Shown: one piece after another, positions 12,300-25,206 of the stretch | Layout: every line of letters starts with the position of its first letter | Numbering within the stretch: the stretch's first letter is position 1 | From: Macrostomum lignano | Taxonomy: Eukaryota | Direction: 5' to 3' | Length of the DNA stretch: 64,000 nucleotides | Assembly (NCBI GenBank): GCA_002269645.1 | Contig: NIVC01003968.1 | Location: 1-64,000 of the forward strand | The notes under the pieces: generated by a model | Database searches by the model: none | What the model was told of the DNA's origin: nothing | What the model saw: the letters and a program-made list of their open reading frames with translations, nothing else | Position numbers and translations under genes: made by a program

Positions 12300-12850
12300 T
12301 AAATTTCATTGACTCTGAAAAACTTCAATCCAAGTGGCCTTTCACCAGCGTCGTTAAAGTGCAGCTTCAAGGAGGCGTCGAAGTAGGGCAGCATGACGCA
12401 CTCGAGCTTGGCTGGGTGCCAGTAGAGTCCGACGCAGTCCGGTCCAAAGATGCAGCAGCTGATTGTGCAGTCGAATACGCTGGGAATTCTAGAAATTGAA
12501 CATCCCAGATCTATCTGGTCGATCAAACTTAGGATTCACTGATTTTACAGTCGGATCCACGAAACTATAGAAAGGATTCACAGACGTACATCTCTCAGAT
12601 CTCCGATTTTTTACACTCCTTATCACTCCTTAATCCACTTGGCACCATGTCGATGATCGCAGCGGAGAGTTTCATGACCTTGGGCTTGGGCTTGCTGATC
12701 ATCTCTACTCCCGCGGCGTGACAGGCCTTCACAGCGTCTCAGAATGTCACAAGTGTTGCATTGAGCTCCGTGATGCACCAGGTTGTCTCGGCGCTATTCA
12801 ATGAAATCGCACCACTGGGGCAACCTCGAGCTTGCGTAATTGCGAGCAGA
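12300..12850 (-). pseudogene. Degenerate C-type lectin/PAN family member
   Basis: The minus strand gives GCPSG...TWCITE...TF*DAVKACHAAGVEMISKP and DLGCSI...DCTISCCIFGPDCVGLYWHPAKLECVMLPYFDASL, homologous to the intact lectins. It has an in-frame TGA and an internal deletion. Confidence 0.75.
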
Positions 12851-13461
12851 ATTATAAAAATCGCGATGGCTTGTTGACTTGAAATTTGTGCCTCGGAACG
12901 CATATTCTTGTCTTCGGAAATAACGATTGAGCTTTCAGATTACAGATTTGGGTCAACAGAGTCTTTATGGAGCAAAGCTCAGAGCGCTGGCTTCTTTGCT
13001 TAAAGCAATTTTTCGCGTGTAACAATCCCGGACGTCTGTCTAAGGAGCTTTGCCTAGGCAAACACAGAATGCGTTTACTAAATTTCTGCACATCCGCGTT
13101 GGTAGCTACAAGACTCTAGATCCTGTAGAACTCTTCTGTGTAATGTCCGGAAGCCTTCCTGTGTAATGTCTGGAGCAACCAACCTGTTTTCTTGTCACGG
13201 TTGTCACGACAAATCCTAAGATATTCTGCCTCAGACAATATGATTGAGCAATACGAGATAAGATCGAACTTGAAAAGCCCACATATCAGCTGTCTTGAAA
13301 GCTTTCACGCATCTGTGTCATATGTCAGCACTATCTGCCTTCTCGTGCATTTGAACTCCGACAAGAAACACTGGGTATACGTAGGAGGTTTCTTGGGACT
13401 TTGAAAATTTATTTTATTTTGTAAACATTATCTACATATAGTACGAGTGTAGATTTAAGCA

Positions 13462-14244
13462 TCACATTAGACGCAGATACTTCGTCCACTGCATCTGCTC
13501 AAGATTGTTGGCGGAAAACTCCGAGGCATTGAACGGCAGGCTGGCGTCAAAGTGAGGCAGCAGGACGCACTGCCTCCTTGTCGGATGCCAGTAGAATCCG
13601 ATGCAGTCACCAAAACGATATTTGAGGCAGAACTGAGCGCAGTTTAAGTAGAATCTGGCAGCCGGCTCCTTGATCCAGCAACCAAGGTCAAGTTGGTAGC
13701 GCACGGCGATTTCCACTCGCACGAATTTTCCGCTGTCCAGTTTTGTCGTCAACCGATCGGCCGCAGCACTGTCCGAGTAGCAGTACACAAAGTGGGTCGC
13801 TGAGCATGAATCATCTCTCAGCTGTCCGTTCGTGCTGGAATATGTCGTTACACAGTCCTGGTTGTAGGCATTATTTGGCTCGTTCGTCTCAAAGTAGTTT
13901 TCGGTTCCCGTCGTTACGTCGCCATCCTTGATCCATATCCAACCAGCTTTGCTCTTGTCTCTCTCATCGAGCGCGTCGACCAATCCGACCCACCACTGCT
14001 CGGGTGGAATGTTGCCGGCTGACTTCATGTCGTCATACACCGTCTTGCTGATCATCTCCTGGCCGTTGGAGTGGCACACTTTAACCGCCTCGCAGAAAGT
14101 CCTTCTGACATCGGTGTACTTCTTGACGCACCACGGCTTCGAAGTGTGGCCAACCTGGGTCATGTCAGGTGGACAGGACGACGCAGTAAGCATCACCAGC
14201 TGAGCAGCCAGCAGAGGAATCGAGAGATAAGCTACAAAGCTCAT
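13462..14244 (-). CDS. Secreted C-type lectin with a C-terminal PAN/apple-like module, copy A (260 aa)
   Basis: Signal peptide. CTLD motifs FCEAVKVC, WWVGL, GWIWIKDG, EPN, DCV...LRDDSC...FVYC. C-terminal C..C..FC....DC.GFYW....QC pattern. Intronless and intact. Confidence 0.85.
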   Translation of the reverse strand: MSFVAYLSIPLLAAQLVMLTASSCPPDMTQVGHTSKPWCVKKYTDVRRTFCEAVKVCHSNGQEMISKTVYDDMKSAGNIPPEQWWVGLVDALDERDKSKAGWIWIKDGDVTTGTENYFETNEPNNAYNQDCVTTYSSTNGQLRDDSCSATHFVYCYSDSAAADRLTTKLDSGKFVRVEIAVRYQLDLGCWIKEPAARFYLNCAQFCLKYRFGDCIGFYWHPTRRQCVLLPHFDASLPFNASEFSANNLEQMQWTKYLRLM

Positions 14245-14639
14245 GCTATTGGAGAAGTCAGTTTGTCTAAGTTAGAAATTTGCAAGTCTCGCCAGAAGCT
14301 TTCGGTCCACGCTCCCGACTTTATTTGATACAAGCCAAGGGTTTTCTCTCCCTCATCCGCTTTTTCTACTTTACAAAGCTGTTGTGCGTTGCTAGGAGCA
14401 ACAATGTCAACTTAACGCAGCGAGTTTTTGATAAAAAAACTAAGCAGAGCTTGCGTCTCACATCCGGGCTGCTATTCGTAGAAGTCACGACTTTGTGTTC
14501 CGGCTTTTTTATGCACAAACTGAAGCATCCCATTGACGGGTTTGTAGGACCAAAAAGTTCCGTTTTACCCATCACGCGGAGAATTTTTTAAATAAAATAT
14601 ACCTAAATAGAAGTGAACCAATTTACTATTCGTTGCATA

Positions 14640-15300
14640 CTTATGACTTACTTGTCTTAGCTGAATTGCGCGCCGGGCATCAGGGAGGAGGGTTACATTC
14701 CGTAACCCATGGGGACTGCGGGAAACACGTTAGCTCACTTCTCTCTGTGCTTGGATGCCACATAATAGTTAATCCGAGTTGTGACAACGGTGGTGTGGGG
14801 CTGGGGGCCACGGGCAGGGGACCAGTAAAAGACCCGGTCGGGCCAGCCTTGGCCAGGCGATCGGCCAGCTTGTTACCGAGGTGGCCTGAGAGCCCAAGGT
14901 AGGGGCACCTTGTTGGAGACGCAGTCTGAGTGGAGGCTGATCTTTTTTTCAAGACTTGCTGATTTTTCAGCTCCATGACACAGGAGCTGAGGCGAGAACT
15001 TCGTTCTAAAAAACGGTGGAGCAGGTGCCGTTGTGTTGGGAGAAGGTCGCCACAGTTTTAACTCCAGACACAATGCAGTAGCGGTAGCCAGAGGCGGAGT
15101 TGATTTGGGACCCATCAGTGAAGCTGTGGATTTCACGGAGCTTCCAGTTGTCCCTTGCTACCTGGCGTGGTAGAATGCTGGTATTGAATTTAGGCGGAGG
15201 GCAGAGCGTGGACGGGTTTCCAGCCGAGAGGGTCAGCAGTCCTCCCGCTGCATTCTTCTTACAAGTGTGGGGCCCGCTACTTGCATTTCAGCAAATGCAT
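14640..15300 (-). mobile_element. Degenerate LINE fragment (RNase H region)
   Basis: Remnants GHLGNKLADRLAKAG...GPLP and STVF..EVLA, similar to the RNase H at 16.8-17.4 kb. An ACTT-like tail remnant lies near 14636-14655. Confidence 0.6.
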
Positions 15301-16341
15301 AATTATGATGCTAATACGAGCTGTTTTTATCGATTGATGTCAAGAACTGGCAAGTAGTTGCGCTAATAGCGTCGCTGTTGCTTGTGCTCAAAAACAGACT
15401 ATGCAGCATTAAATTCAGAGAAAAAGCTACCCTGCCTTATTAGCTGCCGATTGATAAACCCGTACCTGTGCCATCGTTGACCTATTGAAAACTATGTACA
15501 GGTAAAAGAGCGGCTAGTATTCGTTAAATGACTTTTTGTTTCTTTGACAGCAAAGAAGCGAAGCAGTACATACCAAACTTATTCATGCAACTGAAGCAAG
15601 CAGGTCGCTTCTGCAAGCATTCGAGTCATTGAAACAGATGACCCGAGACCGAAATTATTAGACTTGTCTCAGGGGGACTACAGAGGTTTCTTACAACTTT
15701 TCTTACTACAAGGTTTCTTAAAGACAAACAACATACGTTGCGTTGGAAGAATTGCGTCGAATCGAAGAGGGACTACGTCGAGAAGTGTGACAACTTTGAA
15801 GACTCTGATTCACTGTGTTTGCTAGGGCAAAAAGTCTCAGAACTTTCGGAACGCCCCTCGTGCAAGAACTTGGTTCAATTCGCCACAGAAAATTCTATAT
15901 GCGGTTGAAAAGTGTTTTACCAATAGGAATAAAATACCAAGTAAGTGTCAATATTCAAATTGAGAGTAATCTGTAAACGAGTGTAGAGTAGTACACTGAA
16001 AATAAGTTTACAAAACTGGAGTTGCGCAATTAGCTAAAAAATAACTTAACAAAGACAATCATTCGATAGCTAGTCAACACTTTTGATGGACCTCATTCAG
16101 ATGAAAATTAAGTAGTTTTGGCAACAGAGCAGAATGTGAACAGAATTGAATAAAAAACGAAAAAAAGATTTTAGCAGCGGCTAGAGACATTTCAAAACGA
16201 ATTTTCATGTTGTGAATAATTTTGTTTTTAAGAAGGGTTTTTCCAAAAAATATCATGTTTAAGTAAAACAGATTAGGTGCTATTATTTTAGGGGAGGCAA
16301 TTTTATTTTATGATTTAATTATTAACATCTAGATTTGTCTT

Positions 16342-17793
<1,452 letters not shown>

Positions 17794-17835
17794 CTAATTC
17801 CGTTTCAGCATTACTGTCGCTCCGAATCCACTTCA

Positions 17836-18621
17836 TCACGTCGTTTTGTGCAGATACTTCGTCCAGTGCAAATTCTCCGTTTCGTTGGCAGAAAAGTCTG
17901 ATCCGTCGAGCGGTAGGCTGGCGTCAAAGTGAGGCAGCAGGACGCACTGCCTCCTTGTCGGATGCCAGTAGAATCCGACGCAGTCGTTAAAATCGAACTG
18001 AAAGCAAGTCAAGGTGCAATCAGCGAGAGTCTTGGCAGCCGGCACCTTGATCCAGCAACCAGGGTCAAGTTGATGGCGCACGGCGATTTCCACTCGCACG
18101 AATTTTCCGCTGTCCAGTTTTGTCGTCAACCGATCGGCCGCAGCACTGTCCGAGTAGCAGTACACAAAGTGGGTCGCTGAGCATGAATCATCTCTCAGCT
18201 GTCCGTTTGTGCTGGAATATGTCGTTACGCAGTCCTGGTTGTAGGCATTATTTGGCTCGTTTGTCTCAAAGTAGTTTTCGGTTCCCGTCGTTACGTCGCC
18301 ATCCTTGATCCATATCCAACCAGCTTTGCTCTTGTCTCTCTCATCGAGCGCGTCGACCAATCCGACCCACCACTGCTCGGGTGGAATGTTGCCGGCTGAC
18401 TTCATGTCGTCATACACCGTCTTGCTGATCATCTCCTGGCCGTTGGAGTGGCACACTTTAACCGCCTCGCAGAAAGTCCTTCTGACATCGGTGTACTTCT
18501 TGACGCACCACGGCTTCGAAGTGTGGCCAACCTGGGTCATGTCAGGTGGACAAGACGACGCAGTAAGCATCACCAGCTGAGCAGCCAGCAGAGGAATCGA
18601 GAGATAAGCTACAAAGCTCAT
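17836..18621 (-). CDS. Secreted C-type lectin + PAN/apple-like module, copy B (261 aa)
   Basis: Protein is identical to copy A up to VRVEIAVR, and about 190 bp of upstream DNA is also shared. It diverges in the PAN module. Confidence 0.85.
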   Translation of the reverse strand: MSFVAYLSIPLLAAQLVMLTASSCPPDMTQVGHTSKPWCVKKYTDVRRTFCEAVKVCHSNGQEMISKTVYDDMKSAGNIPPEQWWVGLVDALDERDKSKAGWIWIKDGDVTTGTENYFETNEPNNAYNQDCVTTYSSTNGQLRDDSCSATHFVYCYSDSAAADRLTTKLDSGKFVRVEIAVRHQLDPGCWIKVPAAKTLADCTLTCFQFDFNDCVGFYWHPTRRQCVLLPHFDASLPLDGSDFSANETENLHWTKYLHKTT

Positions 18622-21169
18622 GCTATTGGAGAAGTCAGTTTGTCTAAGTTAGAAATTTGCAAGTCTCGCCAGAAGCTTTCGGTCCACGCTCCCGACTTTA
18701 TTTGATACAAGCCAAGGGTTTTCTCTCCCGCATCCGCTTTTTCTACTTTACAAAGCTGTTGGGCGTTGCTAGGAGTAACAATGTCAATTTAACGCAGCGA
18801 GTTTTTTATGATGAAGTTGCGACTTTGTCTTCCGGTTTATCTTACGAGACTTCACCTCCAGTTTACAGGATGCATGGTAGGAAACCCGTTGATTTTTTAT
18901 TTAGCCTCACCTGTACGCATGTTTTGTTGTTGAGTGGTCCAAGCTTCGTTTAGGAAGAGCGACAGAACAATTTTCTATGAGAAGAATAGCAAACACTAAA
19001 GATATTTTTACAGATGTCGTTTTTATTGACGCATAATTTTAATGGATTTTAAGTTTTGTTGCATTTTTTCTGATATCCAGATGACATGACATATGAATTA
19101 TAGACATGGTAGACATGCCTCTTGGCCAGTGAGATCTCTCTCCAGATTCTAAATGCATTAGTACTCCTTGGACATGCGGGGAGTAGCTTGCGAAAGGAAC
19201 TAAGCTGATTTCTCTGCCTACCTTGACGGATCATGCCCGCCCCTAATCCGCGCACACAAAGCCAGAGAAAAAGCATCCGTGAAGCAGTGGCAATAAAACC
19301 CAGTATTTCCTTTCCATTGTTTCAGCAGCTGCTATTGTTGCCTTCACAACTGCGACACAGAGGCCGCGAAAAACAATGCAATTTTAGCAAAGTTTTCGGA
19401 AACTATAGAAGATTTTTTTAAATGCAAAAACTAGCTCTTGCAATTTTAAAGCAGGGGTGCGAAAACCAGTGGCTAGAAGCCTACAAAACTAATTAGAATG
19501 AGTCCTGTGGATCGGTCTATGCGGTTGCTGCCCGATGACTAAGCTCGATCTTTGGCCACATACGAGTATATTATAAAGTAGCAAGTCCATGAAAGCCACC
19601 ACATAAGCGTCTACTGCATTATCATCTCCTTAGTGTTTTCCTAACTGGTATTTGTTGCCTCTTTCTAGCGCAGAATTTTGCTTGAGTGGATGAACGGTTT
19701 AGCAAACTATATGTTTGTTTAAAAAGCCTTCATGAAAAGACCCTACTAAAACTGTTTGGCTAGTCTTTTAGGAATGTAATTTTTCCTCTTTGAAAAATTC
19801 TGCCAAATTTTACGAACTAGAGAAAGGAATCATTTCAGCCTTTGCTGAAATGCTTTGCTTTGCGTTCGCTCCCCGGAAAATGATAGCTAGAAGTGATCTT
19901 TGTTTAATTTTTTGTCTTACTTTTGTCTTCGGAGAAATTCCTCTATCGATTTTTCCGAGAAACCTATGCGCTTCTATAAGCAAGGCAAGCTAGATAGCCC
20001 TGCTATAGCAGGAAATACTGATGATGACAATGGGCTGGGTTTTCTTGCGCAAAGTTTGAAAATCTTCAAAACAAAAGAGAAGCGAGGAAGTTCCACAAAC
20101 TTGGTAGAGGTTGGAAAACATAAAAAGCAAAAATATCAGCTGACTCTTTTGTTAAAAACATCGAACTCAAATTTTGGGAGTCTTGAGACTGGCTCTAAAC
20201 CATGCAGGGACCATTAGAAAACTGTAGCTACCTGGACTAGAAACAACCTCCACGAATACACGCGTTACTAACAGAGACTTTACGAAACTCAAGATTTTAA
20301 TTCATTCCCGCCTTAGCATCTTTTTTAGTGTCCAATGAAAACAGGGCAAAGAAGTTGAATTTCTTGAGTTTTAAAATACGAGTAGCCATGGGAGCGTAAA
20401 ACGTGATTACCAAGGTAAAAACTGGATAAGATTTTGCGAAAGTCTTATTAATAATCTCATTTTAATCTTCTACTCGTAACCAGGGACTGTCCTAAAAAGC
20501 AGCCAAATTTTGTGCAATAAACATTTTCACTTGATTTGTATTCAAAATACTGGTAAGTATGGGACTACGTGGACTTGATAATACTGCTCACAGAGCTGTT
20601 ACATACAGACTCAGCTTGTCTCCAACTCACTAAAGAAGAGCAAAGTTCTTAGTGCTCACACCTGCACTACGTGTTTGTACAAGCACAAACAGCGCTGACT
20701 GGTACTTGGAAATTTATATCTACTAATGTAAGAGCTTTGGACACCTGATTATTTTTATCTCGTGTGCAGCGCAAGTTCGGTTGCATAAGCAAGGCAAAAT
20801 TAGCTCGTAGACAAGTCACATTGATTGCTTTTTTGAGATGCTGGGAACAGAATTTTTTGTTAATCTGGGTAGCGGAAATCTTTCCATATATTTTGTCGAG
20901 TTGATTCGAGTATTATTAGTTTTTAGAAAGGATAAAGCGGATATAATAAATATAAGCACTACAAATACGGAATAAATTTAGATTTAAAGTAAGGTGTAAG
21001 GTTGATATTGATAGAGAGCTTAACTGTAAGATAATAACATTTTTACTAAAAAGGGCTTTAACAGAAGTTCGTAAAAATGGTGAAGCTTATATTGAAACTT
21101 TAGAAACTCTAAAAGTGAGTTAAGTGTTTGTTATTAATTTTAAGTTTTCATATCCTCTTCTCTGTCGGT

Positions 21170-21942
21170 TCAAAACTCTGTGCGACGGTACTTCGTCCAC
21201 TGCATCTGCTCCGTTTCGTTGGCAGAAAAGTCGGAGATGTCAAGCGGCAGGCTGGCGTCAAAGTACGGCAGCAGGACGCACTGCCTCCTTGTCGGGTGCC
21301 AGTAGAAGCCGACGCAGTCACCGAACTCGAACTCAAGACAAGCCATGGTGCACTCGAGGCGGCTCATTCTGATCGACTGGTTCTTCCAACAGCCCGGGTC
21401 GGGTTGCACGCGTTCCTTAATCTCCACGAGATGGAATTCTCCGTTGTCCGGCCTTTTAGCTGCTCGGTTTGCCGCAGTGGCGTCCTGGTAGCAGTAGAAT
21501 GGATAAGCTTCAGAGCATGTCTCGTCCCTCAGCATTTTTTTCGATCCGGTAGTTGTCATGCAGTCTTGGAGGCTCTTATCATTAGGTTCTCCATCAAAGT
21601 AGTCCTCGGTGCCATCCGTTACTTGGCCATCCTTAATCCACACCCAGCGGTCTTTGTGCCTATACCTCTCTCGTTAAGCGCATCGACCAATCCAACCCAC
21701 CATTCTCTGCCAGGAATGCTATTGCTGATCTTCATGGCGTCGAACACAGGCTTGCTGACCATCTCCTGACCGTTTTCGTGGCAGGTTTTTACCGCGTCGC
21801 AGAATGACTTTTGTAGACTGTACTCCTTAACGCACCAGGGCTGCTCAGGGGTTCCAACCTCAGTCATGTCGGAGGGGCAAGCCGACTCAGTGACATGAGC
21901 GGCCAGCAGTGGCAACAGAAGCAAAGCTATGGGACTAAACAT
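21170..21942 (-). CDS. Secreted C-type lectin + PAN/apple-like module, copy C (more divergent), with a 1-nt frameshift at about 21650
   Basis: ATG at 21942 (MFSPIALLLLPLLAA). Motifs WWVGLVDAL, GEPND...DC...LRDETC and the same GFYWHPTRRQCVLLP. The two ORFs join if one base is added. Confidence 0.8.
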
Positions 21943-22906
21943 GTCCTGTTTGATGGCTTCAATCCACATGAAAAGAAAAGTTTACCGAAGCATAAAACTT
22001 CTTTCAAAGTCAGCTTTTAAGGCTCCGCTATGGCCCGTTGTTTTTTAACTTTCATCCCCGATCCCGATACTCCTTTCTCACGGCCAAACAGCAGAGTTTG
22101 AGCTTGGTTGCCATGCCTCGAATTTCCGTATGCAAAAAACTGTGATGCAGCTACGGAAGATTCCTGACTCTCTGACTTCCCTTCAGTTATTGATCCGAAA
22201 GCCAATGACTCTATGCATCGGTAGGCAATCAGACTATTCATTGCTTTGTAGAAAGGATGAGCGAAAACGATTAGGAGGCAAGCATTTAGAAAGCAACACT
22301 GCACAGAGCGTTTGTAGTTGATAGGACCTGTGCGAACCAGTTACATGTAATTCTAATACGTGGAATTGTGAGCATACATGCAATTTAGCTACTTACATAA
22401 ATGTTTTTAAACCCTGATTTATTTGGCTTATCTTCAAGGCCTGTCAAAAGATACGCTTTTTGTACTTTTATGCTGGTAGCGACAGGCAGATAACGTAACT
22501 GATTTTACCGTTTTCTTACACTCGGGGTCTTGGCAGTTTTCTAAAAATAATTAACACGTGAAAGGTTCAGATAAAGTCAGTGTTTCTGCTTTTGGCTATT
22601 TTGTTATGGAGACATGGCGATGGTACATTTAATCAGATGATTGTACGCTCAACCGATGCGATGGTGCATCATATTTATCCACCACAGAATGCCAAGAGAT
22701 TCGCATCCTTGATTTCTCACGCAGATTTCTGAAGACGGAGTCAATTAAAAACTTCATTTCAACACAATAAAAAAGCGAAGCATGGGCTAATAAAAACATT
22801 CGAAGCAAGCAAGTACAAATGAAAAACTGCATCAAATATTAAAAGTAAGCGAGAAGTGCATAATTTCAGAAAAATATATCCGTCAAAGTATTCTCAAATA
22901 AAGGAT

Positions 22907-24586
22907 TCAAGCCAAGATTGTGGCATTGAAACTTGGCTGCATCGACGAGGCGTCGATGACAATCGCAGACGCATTGCCATGGTGACCGCTTTCGTCAGGC
23001 ACCTGCGGGGGAACCAGCAGGCGTAGCGTCAGGGACGCCGCTAACAGAGTCACCAGGCCGAACAGCACGGGCAGCTTTGAGCGGACCGCGTTGCGCTGCT
23101 TTGCGCCATTAGTTGACGCGCTTAGAAGATAAGAGGACGCCGCCTTGGCCGTGTTCTCCTGGCTCCCGGTCGGCTCCGATGGCTCGGGCTCCGGCAGGAG
23201 AGGTCGCCGCTCGCTAATCAGCTCCATGTCGGTCTCCATCTCGGCGTTGAAGTGGGCGGTCGTGGCTCGACCTCGCCAGTCGAGGCGTAGCGCGCAGATG
23301 GCCAGCAGGATGAAGAATGAGACAGATGAAGTGGCGAAGCCGACCCAGAGACCGTTGAGTTCCCAGCCAGCGGCGAAGGCGAGAGAAATTCCTAATGGAG
23401 CGCCGATCACATAGTAGCCGATGAGGTTCATGAGCATCGTGTGCAGATGGCAGTTGCACGCTCTCAGGGCGGCTATGCTGGGATAGGCAGCTAGTTGAAA
23501 GGCCGTATAGATTGACAGGTATGGCGACATTGCCACATACAGCTCTGAGGCTTCGGGTTCCATAGAGAAGATCCGAGGCACCTCGTAGCGCAGTAGGAAG
23601 AAGATTATTCCAATCACGGCGCCTACGGCGCTCATGAAAGCGAGGCTAGTAAGCACTAGCCGGGCCGCTTTTTCGGGCTGCTGGGTGCTCAAGTAGTAGC
23701 CGATGCGAGAGATGAGGGCGCTTCCGATGCCTACCGGGATGAGGAAAGCGATGACGTTGAGCTGAAACAGCACTGACTCGGCCGCGATCTCCGCTTTACC
23801 GATTAGTCCGGCCAGGAAGTTGCCGTACTCTGTGCCAAAGATCCAGAGAGTCTGGGTGAGCAGGCAGGGCATCACAGTGAGCAAAAACTTGCCCCAGTCC
23901 ATGAAGGCGCGAGTGGACCAGCCCGACCAAGTGTCGCGGTGGATGTTCAGACCCCAGATAAAGGCGGTCTGCAGTATTGGAAGCAAGCAGAGACTAATTG
24001 AGAGGCCGAGAGCCGAGCCTGTAAGTCCCAGACCGGCTACTGTCACCAGTAAATACTGCAGCAGAGTGTTGACCCCGAGGCAGACGCCCCGAACGACGAA
24101 TGTAGGCCAGAGGTAGCCGACCGCATCAGTGTAGGCAACGAGAGCGTCATTCAGGTTCATGGCCAAGCTGCCAGGCATTAAGATGATGAGAAAACGCTCG
24201 GCTTTGACTGAAATAACCGGGTCTTGGCCCAACAGGATAAGCAGGTTACCCGCGTTCATGACTAACGTCCAGTTAAAGCAGGTCAGCAGCACGGAGGTCA
24301 ACAGTCCGCGCTGTACAAAGTTGCCAACACGATGCTTCTTGCTACCGCCGATGGTCTGCGCTAGAAATGGCATGAGGCCCCAGCGCACCGAGGAAGCGCA
24401 ATTCTCCACCGTCAGCTGCTGGATGGACAGCGCTAGGCCGGCCGCGTCCAGATCCTCCGTGCCTAAAACGCCGCAAAAGGCGAGCGTGACTGGCATCATC
24501 ATAGAGTAGAACAGCTGAGTGGCAGACATCGGCATGCCGCGCCGCATGATCCAGGCCAACTCGCGGGCGCTCTCGACGACTGTCAT
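22907..24586 (-). CDS. SLC47A: MATE family (SLC47-like) multidrug/toxin exporter, copy 1, intronless
   Basis: Hydrophobic multi-pass protein with FCGVLGTEDLDAAGLA, QTIGG..HRVGNFVQRG, W.GWS..AF.DWGKFL, EYGNFLAGLIG, RIGYYL...P, GYYVIGAPLGISLAF...GLWVG. Likely ATG at 24586; the listed ORF start is GTG. Confidence 0.9.
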   Translation of the reverse strand: MTVVESARELAWIMRRGMPMSATQLFYSMMMPVTLAFCGVLGTEDLDAAGLALSIQQLTVENCASSVRWGLMPFLAQTIGGSKKHRVGNFVQRGLLTSVLLTCFNWTLVMNAGNLLILLGQDPVISVKAERFLIILMPGSLAMNLNDALVAYTDAVGYLWPTFVVRGVCLGVNTLLQYLLVTVAGLGLTGSALGLSISLCLLPILQTAFIWGLNIHRDTWSGWSTRAFMDWGKFLLTVMPCLLTQTLWIFGTEYGNFLAGLIGKAEIAAESVLFQLNVIAFLIPVGIGSALISRIGYYLSTQQPEKAARLVLTSLAFMSAVGAVIGIIFFLLRYEVPRIFSMEPEASELYVAMSPYLSIYTAFQLAAYPSIAALRACNCHLHTMLMNLIGYYVIGAPLGISLAFAAGWELNGLWVGFATSSVSFFILLAICALRLDWRGRATTAHFNAEMETDMELISERRPLLPEPEPSEPTGSQENTAKAASSYLLSASTNGAKQRNAVRSKLPVLFGLVTLLAASLTLRLLVPPQVPDESGHHGNASAIVIDASSMQPSFNATILA

Positions 24587-24685
24587 GTCTGCAGACTGAA
24601 GCTGATTGCTGGTTGCTGATTTTACGCCCGATACGCAAACTAAGCGAATGAATATTGTTACTTTCACTTGCCTAATGCAATTGGC

Positions 24686-24696
24686 CTATTTATAAA
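24686..24696 (-). promoter_or_regulatory. Putative TATA box (TTTATAAATA) upstream of MATE copy 1; the equivalent lies at about 26988-26997 for copy 2
   Basis: About 100 bp upstream of the likely ATG and conserved in both duplicates. Confidence 0.4.
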
Positions 24697-25206
24697 CTAG
24701 TTTTTCCAGACCAGTTTCGCTAAACTGCCTTGTATCCCATGGAAACGAGTTTGATCTCACTTTATCACAACTGCTTTTCTGGTAGCTACAATTAGATAAC
24801 GTAACTGATTTTACCGTTTTCCAACCCCTAAGGTGCTGGCACTTTTCTAAAAATAAATAACACGTGAAAATATCAAATAAACGTCTGGATTTCTGCTTTT
24901 GGCTATTTTGTTATGGAGACATGGCGATGGTACATTTAATCAGATGATTGTACGCTCAACCGATGCGATGGTGCATCATATTTATCCACCACAGAATGCC
25001 AAGAGATTCGCATCCTTGATTTCTCACGCAGATTTCTGAAGACGGAGTCAATTAAAAACTTCATTTTAACGCAATAAAAAAGCGAAGCATGGGCTAATAA
25101 AAACATTCGAAGCAAGTACAAAAAAATTGCATCAAACATTGAAAGTAAGCGAGAAGTGCATAATTTCAGAAAAATATATCCGTCAAAGTATTCTCAAATA
25201 AAGGAT